Shown here piece after piece: positions 1 through 11,100 of a stretch of 64,000 bases of DNA (the first letter of the stretch is position 1; every line of letters begins with the position of its first letter). A program made the translations under genes and the position numbers. The DNA lies in the NCBI RefSeq assembly GCF_009914755.1, contig NC_060940.1; one strand, given 5' to 3'. Origin of the DNA: the human T2T-CHM13v2.0 reference genome, Homo sapiens. The notes under the pieces were generated by a model, which saw only the letters and a program-made list of their open reading frames with translations, was not told the origin of the DNA and did no database searches.

Positions 1-95
1 TTCAACTCACAGAGTTGAATGATTCTTTACACAGAGCAGATTTGAGACACTCTTTTGGTGGAATTTGTAAGTGGAGAATTCAGCTGCTTTGAGGT

Positions 96-112
96 CAACG
101 GTAGAAAAGGAA
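96..112 (+). promoter_or_regulatory. pJalpha-type (A-box) site in the non-CENP-B monomer (representative copy)
   Basis: CAACGGTAGAAAAGGAA lies 171 bp upstream of the CENP-B box, at the homologous monomer position. This is typical of A-type alphoid monomers. Confidence 0.7.
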
Positions 113-266
113 ATATCTTCGTATAAAAACTAGACAGAATGATTCTCAGAAACTGTTTTGTGATGTGTGCATTCAACTCACAGAGTTTAACCTTTCTTTT
201 CAAAGAGCAGTTAGGAAACACTCTGTTTGTAAAGTCTGCAAGTGGATATTCAGACCTCTTTGAGGC

Positions 267-283
267 CTTCGTTGGAAACGGGA
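267..283 (+). promoter_or_regulatory. CENP-B box, dimer A (representative; one box per 340-bp dimer, about 188 positions in the window by unit count)
   Basis: CTTCGTTGGAAACGGGA is an exact match to the canonical 17-bp box. Confidence 0.97.
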
Positions 284-606
284 TTTCTTCATATTATGCT
301 AGACAGATGAATTCTCAGTAACTTCCTTGTGTTGTGTGTATTCAACTCACAGAGTTGAACGATCCTTTACACAGAGCAGATTTGAAACACTGTTTTTCTG
401 GAATTTGCAAGTGGAGATTTCAGCCGCTTTGAGGTCAATGGTAGAAAAAGAAATATCTTCGTATAAAAACTAGACAGAATGATTCTCAGAAACTCCTTTG
501 TGATGTGTGCGTTCAACTCACAGAGTTTAACCTTTCTTTTCACAGAGCAGTTAGGAAACACTCTGTTTGTGAAGCCTGCCAGTGGATATTCGGACCTCTT
601 TGAGGC

Positions 607-623
607 CTTCGTTGGAAACGGGA
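607..623 (+). promoter_or_regulatory. CENP-B box, dimer B (representative)
   Basis: CTTCGTTGGAAACGGGA, 340 bp after the first box. Confidence 0.97.
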
Positions 624-946
624 TTTCTTCATATTATGCTAGACAGAAGATTTCTCAGTAACTTCTTTGTGTTGTGTGTATGCAACTCACAGAGTTCAAC
701 CTTTCTTTAGACAGAGCAGATTTGAAACACTCTTTTTGTGGAATTTGCAAGTGGAGATTTCAAGCGCTTCGATGCCAATGGTAGAAAAGGAAATATCTTC
801 GTATAAAAACAAGACAAACTCGTTCCCAGACACTGCGTAGTGATGTGTGTGTTTAACTCACAGAGTTTCACCTTTCTTTTCATACAGCATTCTGGAAACC
901 CTCTGTTTGTAAAGTCTGCAAGTGGATATTTGGACCTCTTAGATGC

Positions 947-963
947 CTTCGTTGGAAACGGGA
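947..963 (+). promoter_or_regulatory. CENP-B box, dimer C (representative)
   Basis: CTTCGTTGGAAACGGGA. Confidence 0.97.
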
Positions 964-1286
964 TTTCTTCATATAATGCTAGAGGGAAGAATTCTTAGTA
1001 ACTTCTTTGTGTTGTGTGTATTCAACTGACAGAGTTGAACCTTCCTTTAGACAGAGCAGATTTGAAAGTCTCTTTTTGTGGAATTTGCAAGTGGAGATTT
1101 CAAGCGCTTTGAGGCCAAAAGCAGAAAAGGAAATATTTTCCTATAAAAACTAGACAGAATCTTTCTCAGAAACTGCTCTGGGATGTGTGCGTTCAACTCA
1201 CAGAGTTTAACTTTTCTTTTCATTCAGCAGTTTGGAAACACTCTGTTTGGAAAGTCTGCACGTGGATATTTTGAGCTCTTTGAGGC

Positions 1287-1303
1287 CTTCGTTGGAAACG
1301 GGT
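1287..1303 (+). promoter_or_regulatory. CENP-B box, dimer D (representative)
   Basis: CTTCGTTGGAAACGGGT; the core NTTCGNNNNANNCGGGN is intact. Confidence 0.93.
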
Positions 1304-1626
1304 TTTTTTAATGTAACGCTAGACAGAAGAAATCTCAGTAACTTCCTTGTGTTGTGTGTATTCAACTGACAGAGTTGAACCTTCCTTTAGACAGAGCAGA
1401 TTCGAAACACTCTTTTTCTGCAATTTGCAAGTGGAGACTTCAAGCGCTTTGAGGCCAAAGGCAGAAAAGGAAATATCTTCGTATAAAAACCCGACAGAAT
1501 CATTCTCAGAAACTGCTCTGTGATGTGTGCGTTCAACTCACGGAGTTTAACTTTTCTTTTCATTCAGCAGTTTGGAAACACTCTGTTTGTAAAGTCTGCA
1601 AGTGGATATCTTGGCCTCTTAGAGGC

Positions 1627-1643
1627 CTTCGTTGGAAACGGGT
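1627..1643 (+). promoter_or_regulatory. CENP-B box, dimer E (representative)
   Basis: CTTCGTTGGAAACGGGT; the core is intact. Confidence 0.93.
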
Positions 1644-1699
1644 TTTTTCATGTAAGGTTAGACAGAGGAATTCCCAGTAACTTCCTTGTATTGTGTGCA

Positions 1700-2718
1700 T
1701 TCAACTCACAGAGTTGAATGATTCTTTACACAGAGCAGATTTGAGACACTCTTTTGGTGGAATTTGTAAGTGGAGAATTCAGCTGCTTTGAGGTCAACGG
1801 TAGAAAAGGAAATATCTTCGTATAAAAACTAGACAGAATGATTCTCAGAAACTGTTTTGTGATGTGTGCGTTCAACTCACAGAGTTTAACCTTTCTTTTC
1901 AAAGAGCAGTTAGGAAACACTCTGTTTGTAAAGTCTGCAAGTGGATATTCAGACCTCTTTGAGGCCTTCGTTGGAAACGGGATTTCTTCATATTATGCTA
2001 GACAGATGAATTCTCAGTAACTTCCTTGTGTTGTGTGTATTCAACTCACAGAGTTGAACGATCCTTTACACAGAGCAGATTTGAAACACTGTTTTTCTGG
2101 AATTTGCAAGTGGAGATTTCAGCTGCTTTGAGGTCAATGGTAGAAAAGGAAATATCTTCGTATAAAAACTAGACAGAATGATTCTCAGAAACTCCTTTGT
2201 GATGTGTGCGTTCAACTCACAGAGTTTAACCTTTCTTTTCACAGAGCAGTTAGGAAACACTCTGTTTGTGAAGCCTGCCAGTGGATATTCGGACCTCTTT
2301 GAGGCCTTCGTTGGAAACGGGATTTCTTCATATTATGCTAGACAGAAGATTTCTCAGTAACTTCTTTGTGTTGTGTGTATGCAACTCACAGAGTTCAACC
2401 TTCCTTTAGACAGAGCAGATTTGAAACACTCTTTTTGTGGAATTTGCAAGTGGATATTTCAAGCGCTTTGAGGCCAAAAGCAGAAAAGGAAATATTTTCC
2501 TATAAAAACTAGACAGAATCTTTCTCAGAAACTGCTCTGTGATGTGTGCGTTCAACTCACGGAGTTTAACTTTTCTTTTCATTCAGCAGTTTGGAAACAC
2601 TCTGTTTGTAAAGTCTGCAAGTGGATATCTTGGCCTCTTAGAGGCCTTCGTTGGAAACGGGTTTTTTCATGTAAGGATAGACAGAGGAATTCCCAGTAAC
2701 TTCCTTGTGTTGTGTGCA
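1700..2718 (+). repeat. 6-mer HOR structural variant (1019 bp): A, B, hybrid C/D/E dimer
   Basis: Landmark spacing 1726 to 2745 is 1019 bp. The third dimer switches from C markers to D markers to E markers. Confidence 0.93.
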
Positions 2719-3737
2719 TTCAACTCACAGAGTTGAATGATTCTTTACACAGAGCAGATTTGAGACACTCTTTTGGTGGAATTTGTAAGTGGAGAATTCA
2801 GCTGCTTTGAGGTCAACGGTAGAAAAGGAAATATCTTCGTATAAAAACTAGACAGAATGATTCTCAGAAACTGTTTTGTGATGTGTGCGTTCAACTCACA
2901 GAGTTTAACCTTTCTTTTCAAAGAGCAGTTAGGAAACACTCTGTTTGTAAAGTCTGCAAGTGGATATTCAGACCTCTTTGAGGCCTTCGTTGGAAACGGG
3001 ATTTCTTCATATTATGCTAGACAGATGAATTCTCAGTAACTTCCTTGTGTTGTGTGTATTCAACTCACAGAGTTGAACGACCCTTTACACAGAGCAGATT
3101 TGAAACACTGTTTTTCTGGAATTTGCAAGTGGAGATTTCAGCTGCTTTGAGGTCAATGGTAGAAAAGGAAATATCTTCGTATAAAAACTAGACAGAATGA
3201 TTCTCAGAAACTCCTTTGTGATGTGTGCGTTCAACTCACAGAATTTAACCTTTCTTTTCACAGAGCAGTTAGGAAACACTCTGTTTGTGAAGCCTGCCCG
3301 TGGATATTCGGACCTCTTTGAGGTCTTCGTTGGAAACGGGATTTCTTCATATTATGCTAGACAGAAGATTTCTCAGTAACTTCTTTGTGTTGTGTGTATG
3401 CAACTCACAGAGTTCAACCTTCCTTTAGACAGAGCAGATTTGAAACACTCTTTTTGTGGAATTTGCAAGTGGAGATTTCAAGCGCTTTGAGGCCAAAAGC
3501 AGAAAAGGAAATATTTTCCTATAAAAACTAGACAGAATCTTTCTCAGAAACTGCTCTGTGATGTGTGCGTTCAACTCACAGAGTTTAACTTTTCTTTTCA
3601 TTCAGCAGTTTGGAAACACTCTGTTTGTAAAGTCTGCAAGTGGATATCTTGGCCTCTTAGAGGCCTTCGTTGGAAACGGGTTTTTTCATGTAAGGATAGA
3701 CAGAGGAATTCCCAGTAACTTCCTTGTGTTGTGTGCA
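2719..3737 (+). repeat. Second 6-mer HOR structural variant (1019 bp)
   Basis: Spacing 2745 to 3764 is 1019 bp, with the same hybrid dimer and a shared AAGGATAG marker. Confidence 0.93.
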
Positions 3738-5092
3738 TTCAACTCACAGAGTTGAATGATTCTTTACACAGAGCAGATTTGAGACACTCTTTTGGTGGAA
3801 TTTGTAAGTGGAGAATTCAGCCGCTTTGAGGTCAACGGTAGAAAAGGAAATATCTTCGTATAAAAACTAGACAGAATGATTCTCAGAAACTGTTTTGTGA
3901 TGTGTGCGTTCAACTCACAGAGTTTAACCTTTCTTTTCAAAGAGCAGTTAGGAAACACTCTGTTTGTAAAGTCTGCAAGTGGATATTCAGACCTCTTTGA
4001 GGCCTTCGTTGGAAACGGGATTTCTTCATATTATGCTAGACAGATGAATTCTCAGTAACTTCCTTGTGTTGTGTGTATTCAACTCACAGAGTTAAACGAT
4101 CCTTTACACAGAGCAGATTTGAAACACTGTTTTTCTGGAATTTGCAAGTGGAGATTTCAGCCGGTTTGAGGTCAATGGTAGAAAAGGAAATATCTTCGTA
4201 TAAAAACTAGACAGAATGATTCTCAGAAACTCCTTTGTGATGTGTGCGTTCAACTCACAGAGTTTAACCTTTCTTTTCACAGAGCAGTTAGGAAACACTC
4301 TGTGAAGCCTGCCAGTGGATATTCGGACCTCTTTGAGGCCTTCGTTGGAAACGGGATTTCTTCATATTATGCTAGACAGAAGATTTCTCAGTAACTTCTT
4401 TGTGTTGTGTGTATGCAACTCACAGAGTTCAACCTTCCTTTAGACAGAGCAGATTTGAAACACTCTTTTTGTGGAATTTGCAAGTGGAGATTTCAAGCGC
4501 TTCGATGCCAATGGTAGAAAAGGAAATATCTTCGTATAAAAACAAGACAAACTCGTTCCCAGACACTGCGTAGTGATGTGTGTGTTTAACTCACAGAGTT
4601 TAACCTTTCTTTTCATACAGCATTCTGGAAACCCTCTGTTTGTAAAGTCTGCAAGTGGATATTTGGACCTCTTAGATGCCTTCGTTGGAAACGGGATTTC
4701 TTCATATAATGCTAGAGGGAAGAATTCTTAGTAACTTCTTTGTGTTGTGTGTATTCAACTGACAGAGTTGAACCTTCCTTTAGACAGAGCAGATTCGAAA
4801 CACTCTTTTTCTGCAATTTGCAAGTGGAGACTTCAAGCGCTTTGAGGCCAAAGGCAGAAAAGGAAATATCTTCGTATAAAAACCCGACAGAATCATTCTC
4901 AGAAACTGCTCTGTGATGTGTGCGTTCAACTCACAGAGTTTAACTTTTCTTTTCATTCAGGAGTTTGGAAACACTCTGTTTGTAAAGTCTGCAAGTGGAT
5001 ATCTTGGCCTCTTAGAGGCCTTCGTTGGAAACGGGTTTTTTCATGTAAGGTTAGACAGAGGAATTCCCAGTAACTTCCTTGTGTTGTGTGCA
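3738..5092 (+). repeat. 8-mer HOR variant (1355 bp): A, B, C, E; dimer D skipped, plus a 4-bp deletion
   Basis: Spacing 3764 to 5119 is 1355 bp. The end of C (AGAATTCTTAG) is followed by E-type AGATTCGAAACAC at ~4791. CTCTGTGAAG at ~4301 replaces CTCTGTTTGTGAAG. Confidence 0.92.
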
Positions 5093-6791
5093 TTCAACTC
5101 ACAGAGTTGAATGATTCTTTACACAGAGCAGATTTGAGACACTCTTTTGGTGGAATTTGTAAGTGGAGAATTCAGCTGCTTTGAGGTCAATGGTAGAAAA
5201 GGAAATATCTTCGTATAAAAACTAGACAGAATGATTCTCAGAAACTGTTTTGTGATGTGTGCGTTCAACTCACAGAGTTTAACCTTTCTTTTCAAAGAGC
5301 AGTTAGGAAACACTCTGTTTGTAAAGTCTGCAAGTGGATATTCAGACCTCTTTGAGGCCTTCGTTGGAAACGGGATTTCTTCATATTATGCTAGACAGAT
5401 GAATTCTCAGTAACTTCCTTGTGTTGTGTGTATTCAACTCACAGAGTTGAACGATCCTTTACACAGAGCAGATTTGAAACACTGTTTTTCTGGAATTTGC
5501 AAGTGGAGATTTCAGCCGCTTTGTGGTCAATGGTAGAAAAAGAAATATCTTCATAAAAAAACTAGACAGAATGATTCTCAGAAACTCCTTTGTGATGTGT
5601 GCGTTCAACTCACAGAGTTTAACCTTTCTTTTCACAGAGCAGTTAGGAAACACTCTGTTTGTGAAGCCTGCCAGTGGATATTCGGACCTCTTTGAGGCCT
5701 TCATTGGAAACGGGATTTCTTCATATTATGCTAGACAGAAGATTTCTCAGTAACTTCTTTGTGTTGTGTGTATGCAACTCACAGAGTTCAACCTTCCTTT
5801 AGACAGAGCAGATTTGAAACACTCTTTTTGTGGAATTTGCAAGTGGAGATTTCAAGCGCTTCGATGCCAATGGTAGAAAAGGAAATATCTTCGTATAAAA
5901 ACAAGACAAACTCGTTCCCAGACACTGCGTAGTGATGTGTGTGTTTAACTCACAGAGTTTCACCTTTCTTTTCATACAGCATTCTGGAAACCCTCTGTTT
6001 GTAAAGTCTGCAAGTGGATATTTGGACCTCTTAGATGCCTTCGTTGGAAACGGGATTTCTTCATATAATGCTAGAGGGAAGAATTCTTAGTAACTTCTTT
6101 GTGTTGTGTGTATTCAACTGACAGAGTTGAACCTTCCTTTAGACAGAGCAGATTTGAAAGTCTCTTTTTGTGGAATTTGCAAGTGGAGATTTCAAGCGCT
6201 TTGAGGCCAAAAGCAGAAAAGGAAATATTTTCCTATAAAAACTAGACAGAATCTTTCTCAGAAACTGCTCTGGGATGTGTGCGTTCAACTCACAGAGTTT
6301 AACTTTTCTTTTCATTCAGCAGTTTGGAAACACTCTGTTTGGAAAGTCTGCACGTGGATATTTTGACCTCTTTGAGGCCTTCATTGGAAACGGGTTTTTT
6401 TCATGTAACGCTAGACAGAAGAAATCTCAGTAACTTCCTTGTGTTGTGTGTATTCAACTGACAGAGTTGAACCTTCCTTTAGACAGAGCAGATTCGAAAC
6501 ACTCTTTTTCTGCAATTTGCAAGTGGAGACTTCAAGCGCTTTGAGGCCAAAGGCAGAAAAGGAAATATCTTCGTATAAAAACCCGACAGAATCATTCTCA
6601 GAAACTGCTCTGTGATGTGTGCGTTCAACTCACAGAGTTTAACTTTTCTTTTCATTCAGCAGTTTGGAAACACTCTGTTTGTAAAGTCTGCAAGTGGATA
6701 TCTTGGCCTCTTAGAGGCCTTCGTTGGAAACGGGTTTTTTCATGTAAGGTTAGACAGAGGAATTCCCAGTAACTTCCTTGTGTTGTGTGCA

Positions 6792-8150
6792 TTCAACTCA
6801 CAGAGTTGAATGATTCTTTACACAGAGCAGATTTGAGACACTCTTTTGGTGGAATTTGTAAGTGGAGAATTCAGCCGCTTTGAGGTCAACGGTAGAAAAG
6901 GAAATATCTTCGTATAAAAACTAGACAGAATGATTCTCAGAAACTGTTTTGTGATGTGTGCGTTCAACTCACAGAGTTTAACCTTTCTTTTCAAAGAGCA
7001 GTTAGGAAACACTCTGTTTGTAAAGTCTGCAAGTGGATATTCAGACCTCTTTGAGGCCTTCGTTGGAAACGGGATTTCTTCATATTATGCTAGACAGATG
7101 AATTCTCAGTAACTTCCTTGTGTTGTGTGTATTCAACTCACAGAGTTGAACGATCCTTTACACAGAGCAGATTTGAAACACTGTTTTTCTGGAATTTGCA
7201 AGTGGAGATTTCAGCTGCTTTGAGGTCAATGGTAGAAAAGGAAATATCTTCGTATAAAAACTACACAGAATGATTCTCAGAAACTCCTTTGTGATGTGTG
7301 CGTTCAACTCACAGAGTTTAACCTTTCTTTTCACAGAGCAGTTAGGAAACACTCTGTTTGTGAAGCCTGCCAGTGGATATTCGGACCTCTTTGAGGCCTT
7401 CGTTGGAAACGGGATTTCTTCATATTATGCTATACAGAAGATTTCTCAGTAACTTCTTTGTGTTGTGTGTATGCAACTCACAGAGTTCAACCTTCCTTTA
7501 GACAGAGCAGATTTGAAACACTCTTTTTGTGGAATTTGCAAGTGGAGATTTCAAGCGCTTCGATGCCAATGGTAGAAAAGGAAATATCTTCGTATAAAAA
7601 CAAGACAAACTCGTTCCCAGACACTGCGTAGTGATGTGTGTGTTTAACTCACAGAGTTTAACCTTTCTTTTCATACAGCATTCTGGAAACCCTCTGTTTG
7701 TAAAGTCTGCAAGTGGATATTTGGACCTCTTAGATGCCTTCGTTGGAAACGGGATTTCTTCATATAATGCTAGAGGGAAGAATTCTTAGTAACTTCTTTG
7801 TGTTGTGTGTATTCAACTGACAGAGTTGAACCTTCCTTTAGACAGAGCAGATTTGAAAGTCTCTTTTTGTGGAATTTGCAAGTGGAGATTTCAAGCGCTT
7901 TGAGGCCAAAAGCAGAAAAGGAAATATTTTCCTATAAAAACTAGACAGAATCTTTCTCAGAAACTGCTCTGGGATGTGTGCGTTCAACTCACAGAGTTTA
8001 ACTTTTCTTTTCATTCAGCAGTTTGGAAACACTCTGTTTGTAAAGTCTGCAAGTGGATATCTTGGCCTCTTAGAGGCCTTCGTTGGAAACGGGTTTTTTC
8101 ATGTAAGGTTAGACAGAGGAATTCCCAGTAACTTCCTTGTGTTGTGTGCA
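6792..8150 (+). repeat. 8-mer HOR variant (1359 bp): A, B, C, hybrid D/E
   Basis: Spacing 6818 to 8177 is 1359 bp. D markers run through CTGGGATG (~7971), then E markers follow (TGTAAAG, TATCTTGGCC at ~8040-8070). Confidence 0.92.
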
Positions 8151-11100
8151 TTCAACTCACAGAGTTGAATGATTCTTTACACAGAGCAGATTTGAGACAC
8201 TCTTTTGGTGGAATTTGTAAGTGGAGAATTCAGCCGCTTTGAGGTCAACGGTAGAAAAGGAAATATCTTCGTATAAAAACTAGACAGAATGATTCTCAGA
8301 AACTGTTTTGTGATGTGTGCGTTCAACTCACAGAGTTTAACCTTTCTTTTCAAAGAGCAGTTAGGAAACACTCTGTTTGTAAAGTCTGCAAGTGGATATT
8401 CAGACCTCTTTGAGGCCTTCGTTGGAAACGGGATTTCTTCATATTATGCTAGACAGATGAATTCTCAGTAACTTCCTTGTGTTGTGTGTATTCAACTCAC
8501 AGAGTTGAACGATCCTTTACACAGAGCAGATTTGAAACACTGTTTTTCTGGAATTTGCAAGTGGAGATTTCAGCCGCTTTGAGGTCAATGGTAGAAAAAG
8601 AAATATCTTCGTATAAAAACTAGACAGAATGATTCTCAGAAACTCCTTTGTGATGTGTGCGTTCAACTCACAGAGTTTAACTTTTCTTTTCACAGAGCAG
8701 TTAGGAAACACTCTGTTTGTGAAGCCTGCCAGTGGATATTCGGACCTCTTTGAGGCCTTCGTTGGAAACGGGATTTCTTCATATTATGCTAGACAGAAGA
8801 TTTCTCAGTAACTTCTTTGTGTTGTGTGTATGCAACTCACAGAGTTCAACCTTCCTTTAGACAGAGCAGATTTGAAACACTCTTTTTGTGGAATTTGCAA
8901 GTGGAGATTTCAAGCGCTTCGATGCCAATGGTAGAAAAGGAAATATCTTCGTATAAAAACAAGACAAACTCGTTCCCAGACACTGCGTAGTGATGTGTGT
9001 GTTTAACTCACAGAGTTTAACCTTTCTTTTCATACAGCATTCTGGAAACCCTCTGTTTGTAAAGTCTGCAAGTGGATATTTGGACCTCTTAGATGCCTTC
9101 GTTGGAAACGGGATTTCTTCATATAATGCTAGAGGGAAGAATTCTTAGTAACTTCTTTGTGTTGTGTGTATTCAACTGACAGAGTTGAACCTTCCTTTAG
9201 ACAGAGCAGATTTGAAAGTCTCTTTTTGTGGAATTTGCAAGTGGAGATTTCAAGCGCTTTGAGGCCAAAAGCAGAAAAGGAAATATTTTCCTATAAAAAC
9301 TAGACAGAATCATTCTCAGAAACTGCTCTGTGATGTGTGTGTTCAACTCACAGAGTTTAACTTTCTTTTCATTCAGCAGTTTGGAAACACTCTGTTTGGA
9401 AAGTCTGCACGTGGATATTTTGACCTCTTTGAGGCCTTCGTTGGAAACGGGTTTTTTTCATGTAACGCTAGACAGAAGAAATCTCAGTAACTTCCTTGTG
9501 TTGTGTGTATTCAACTGACAGAGTTGAACCTTCCTTTAGACAGAGCAGATTCGAAACACTCTTTTTCTGCAATTTGCAAGTGGAGACTTCAAGCGCTTTG
9601 AGGCCAAAGGCAGAAAAGGAAATATCTTCGTATAAAAACCCGACAGAATCATTCTCAGAAACTGCTCTGTGATGTGTGCGTTCAACTCACAGAGTTTAAC
9701 TTTTCTTTTCATTCAGCAGTTTGGAAACACTCTGTTTGTAAAGTCTGCAAGTGGATATCTTGGCCTCTTAGAGGCCTTCGTTGGAAACGGGTTTTTTCAT
9801 GTAAGGTTAGACAGAGGAATTCCCAGTAACTTCCTTGTGTTGTGTGCATTCAACTCACAGAGTTGAATGATTCTTTACACAGAGCAGATTTGAGACACTC
9901 TTTTGGTGGAATTTGTAAGTGGAGAATTCAGCCGCTTTGAGGTCAACGGTAGAAAAGGAAATATCTTCGTATAAAAACTAGACAGAATGATTCTCAGAAA
10001 CTGTTTTGTGATGTGTGCGTTCAACTCACAGAGTTTAACCTTTCTTTTCAAAGAGCAGTTAGGAAACACTCTGTTTGTAAAGTCTGCAAGTGGATATTCA
10101 GACCTCTTTGAGGCCTTCGTTGGAAACGGGATTTCTTCATATTATGCTAGACAGATGAATTCTCAGTAACTTCCTTGTGTTGTGTGTATTCAACTCACAG
10201 AGTTGAACGATCCTTTACACAGAGCAGATTTGAAACACTGTTTTTCTGGAATTTGCAAGTGGAGATTTCAGCCGCTTTGAGGTCAATGGTAGAAAAAGAA
10301 ATATCTTCGTATAAAAACTAGACAGAATGATTCTCAGAAACTCCTTTGTGATGTGTGCGTTCAACTCACAGAGTTTAACCTTTCTTTTCACAGAGCAGTT
10401 AGGAAACACTCTGTTTGTGAAGCCTGCCAGTGGATATTCGGACCTCTTTGAGGCCTTCGTTGGAAACGGGATTTCTTCATATTATGCTAGACAGAAGATT
10501 TCTCAGTAACTTCTTTGTGTTGTGTGTATGCAACTCACAGAGTTCAACCTTCCTTTAGACAGAGCAGATTTGAAACACTCTTTTTGTGGAATTTGCAAGT
10601 GGAGATTTCAAGCGCTTCGATGCCAATGGTAGAAAAGGAAATATCTTCGTATAAAAACAAGACAAACTCGTTCCCAGACACTGCGTAGTGATGAGTGTGT
10701 TTAACTCACAGAGTTTCACCTTTCTTTTCATACAGCATTCTGGAAACCCTCTGTTTGTAAAGTCTGCAAGTGGATATTTGGACCTCTTAGATGCCTTCGT
10801 TGGAAACGGGATTTCTTCATATAATGCTAGAGGGAAGAATTCTTAGTAACTTCTTTGTGTTGTGTGTATTCAACTGACAGAGTTGAACCTTCCTTTAGAC
10901 AGAGCAGATTTGAAAGTCTCTTTTTGTGGAATTTGCAAGTGGAGATTTCAAGCGCTTTGAGGCCAAAAGCAGAAAAGGAAATGTTTTCCTATAAAAACTA
11001 GACAGAATCTTTCTCAGAAACTGCTCTGGGATGTGTGCATTCAACTCACAGAGTTTAACTTTTCTTTTCATTCAGCAGTTTGGAAACACTCTGTTTGGAA

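Larger units (their letters stand above)
1..1699 (+). repeat. Reference 10-mer HOR unit (arbitrary phase): dimers A 1-340, B 341-680, C 681-1020, D 1021-1360, E 1361-1699
   Basis: Diagnostic strings are A TTTTGGTGGAATTTGTAAG, B GATCCTTTAC and GAAGCCTGCC, C CTTCGATGCC and CTCGTTCCCAGACAC, D GAAAGTCTC and CTGCACGTGG, E TTCGAAACAC and TATCTTGGCC. The sequence restarts at 1700. Confidence 0.95.

Noticed and set aside
1258-1265. CACGTG E-box once per HOR, and TATAAAA motifs every dimer
   Set aside because: These short motifs are intrinsic to the satellite consensus, and the sequence gives no evidence of promoter function.
1303-1643. CENP-B boxes ending in GGGT, and T-runs after them, as defective boxes or terminators
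   Set aside because: The last box position is not among the essential core bases, and the T-runs are fixed HOR features with no preceding hairpin.
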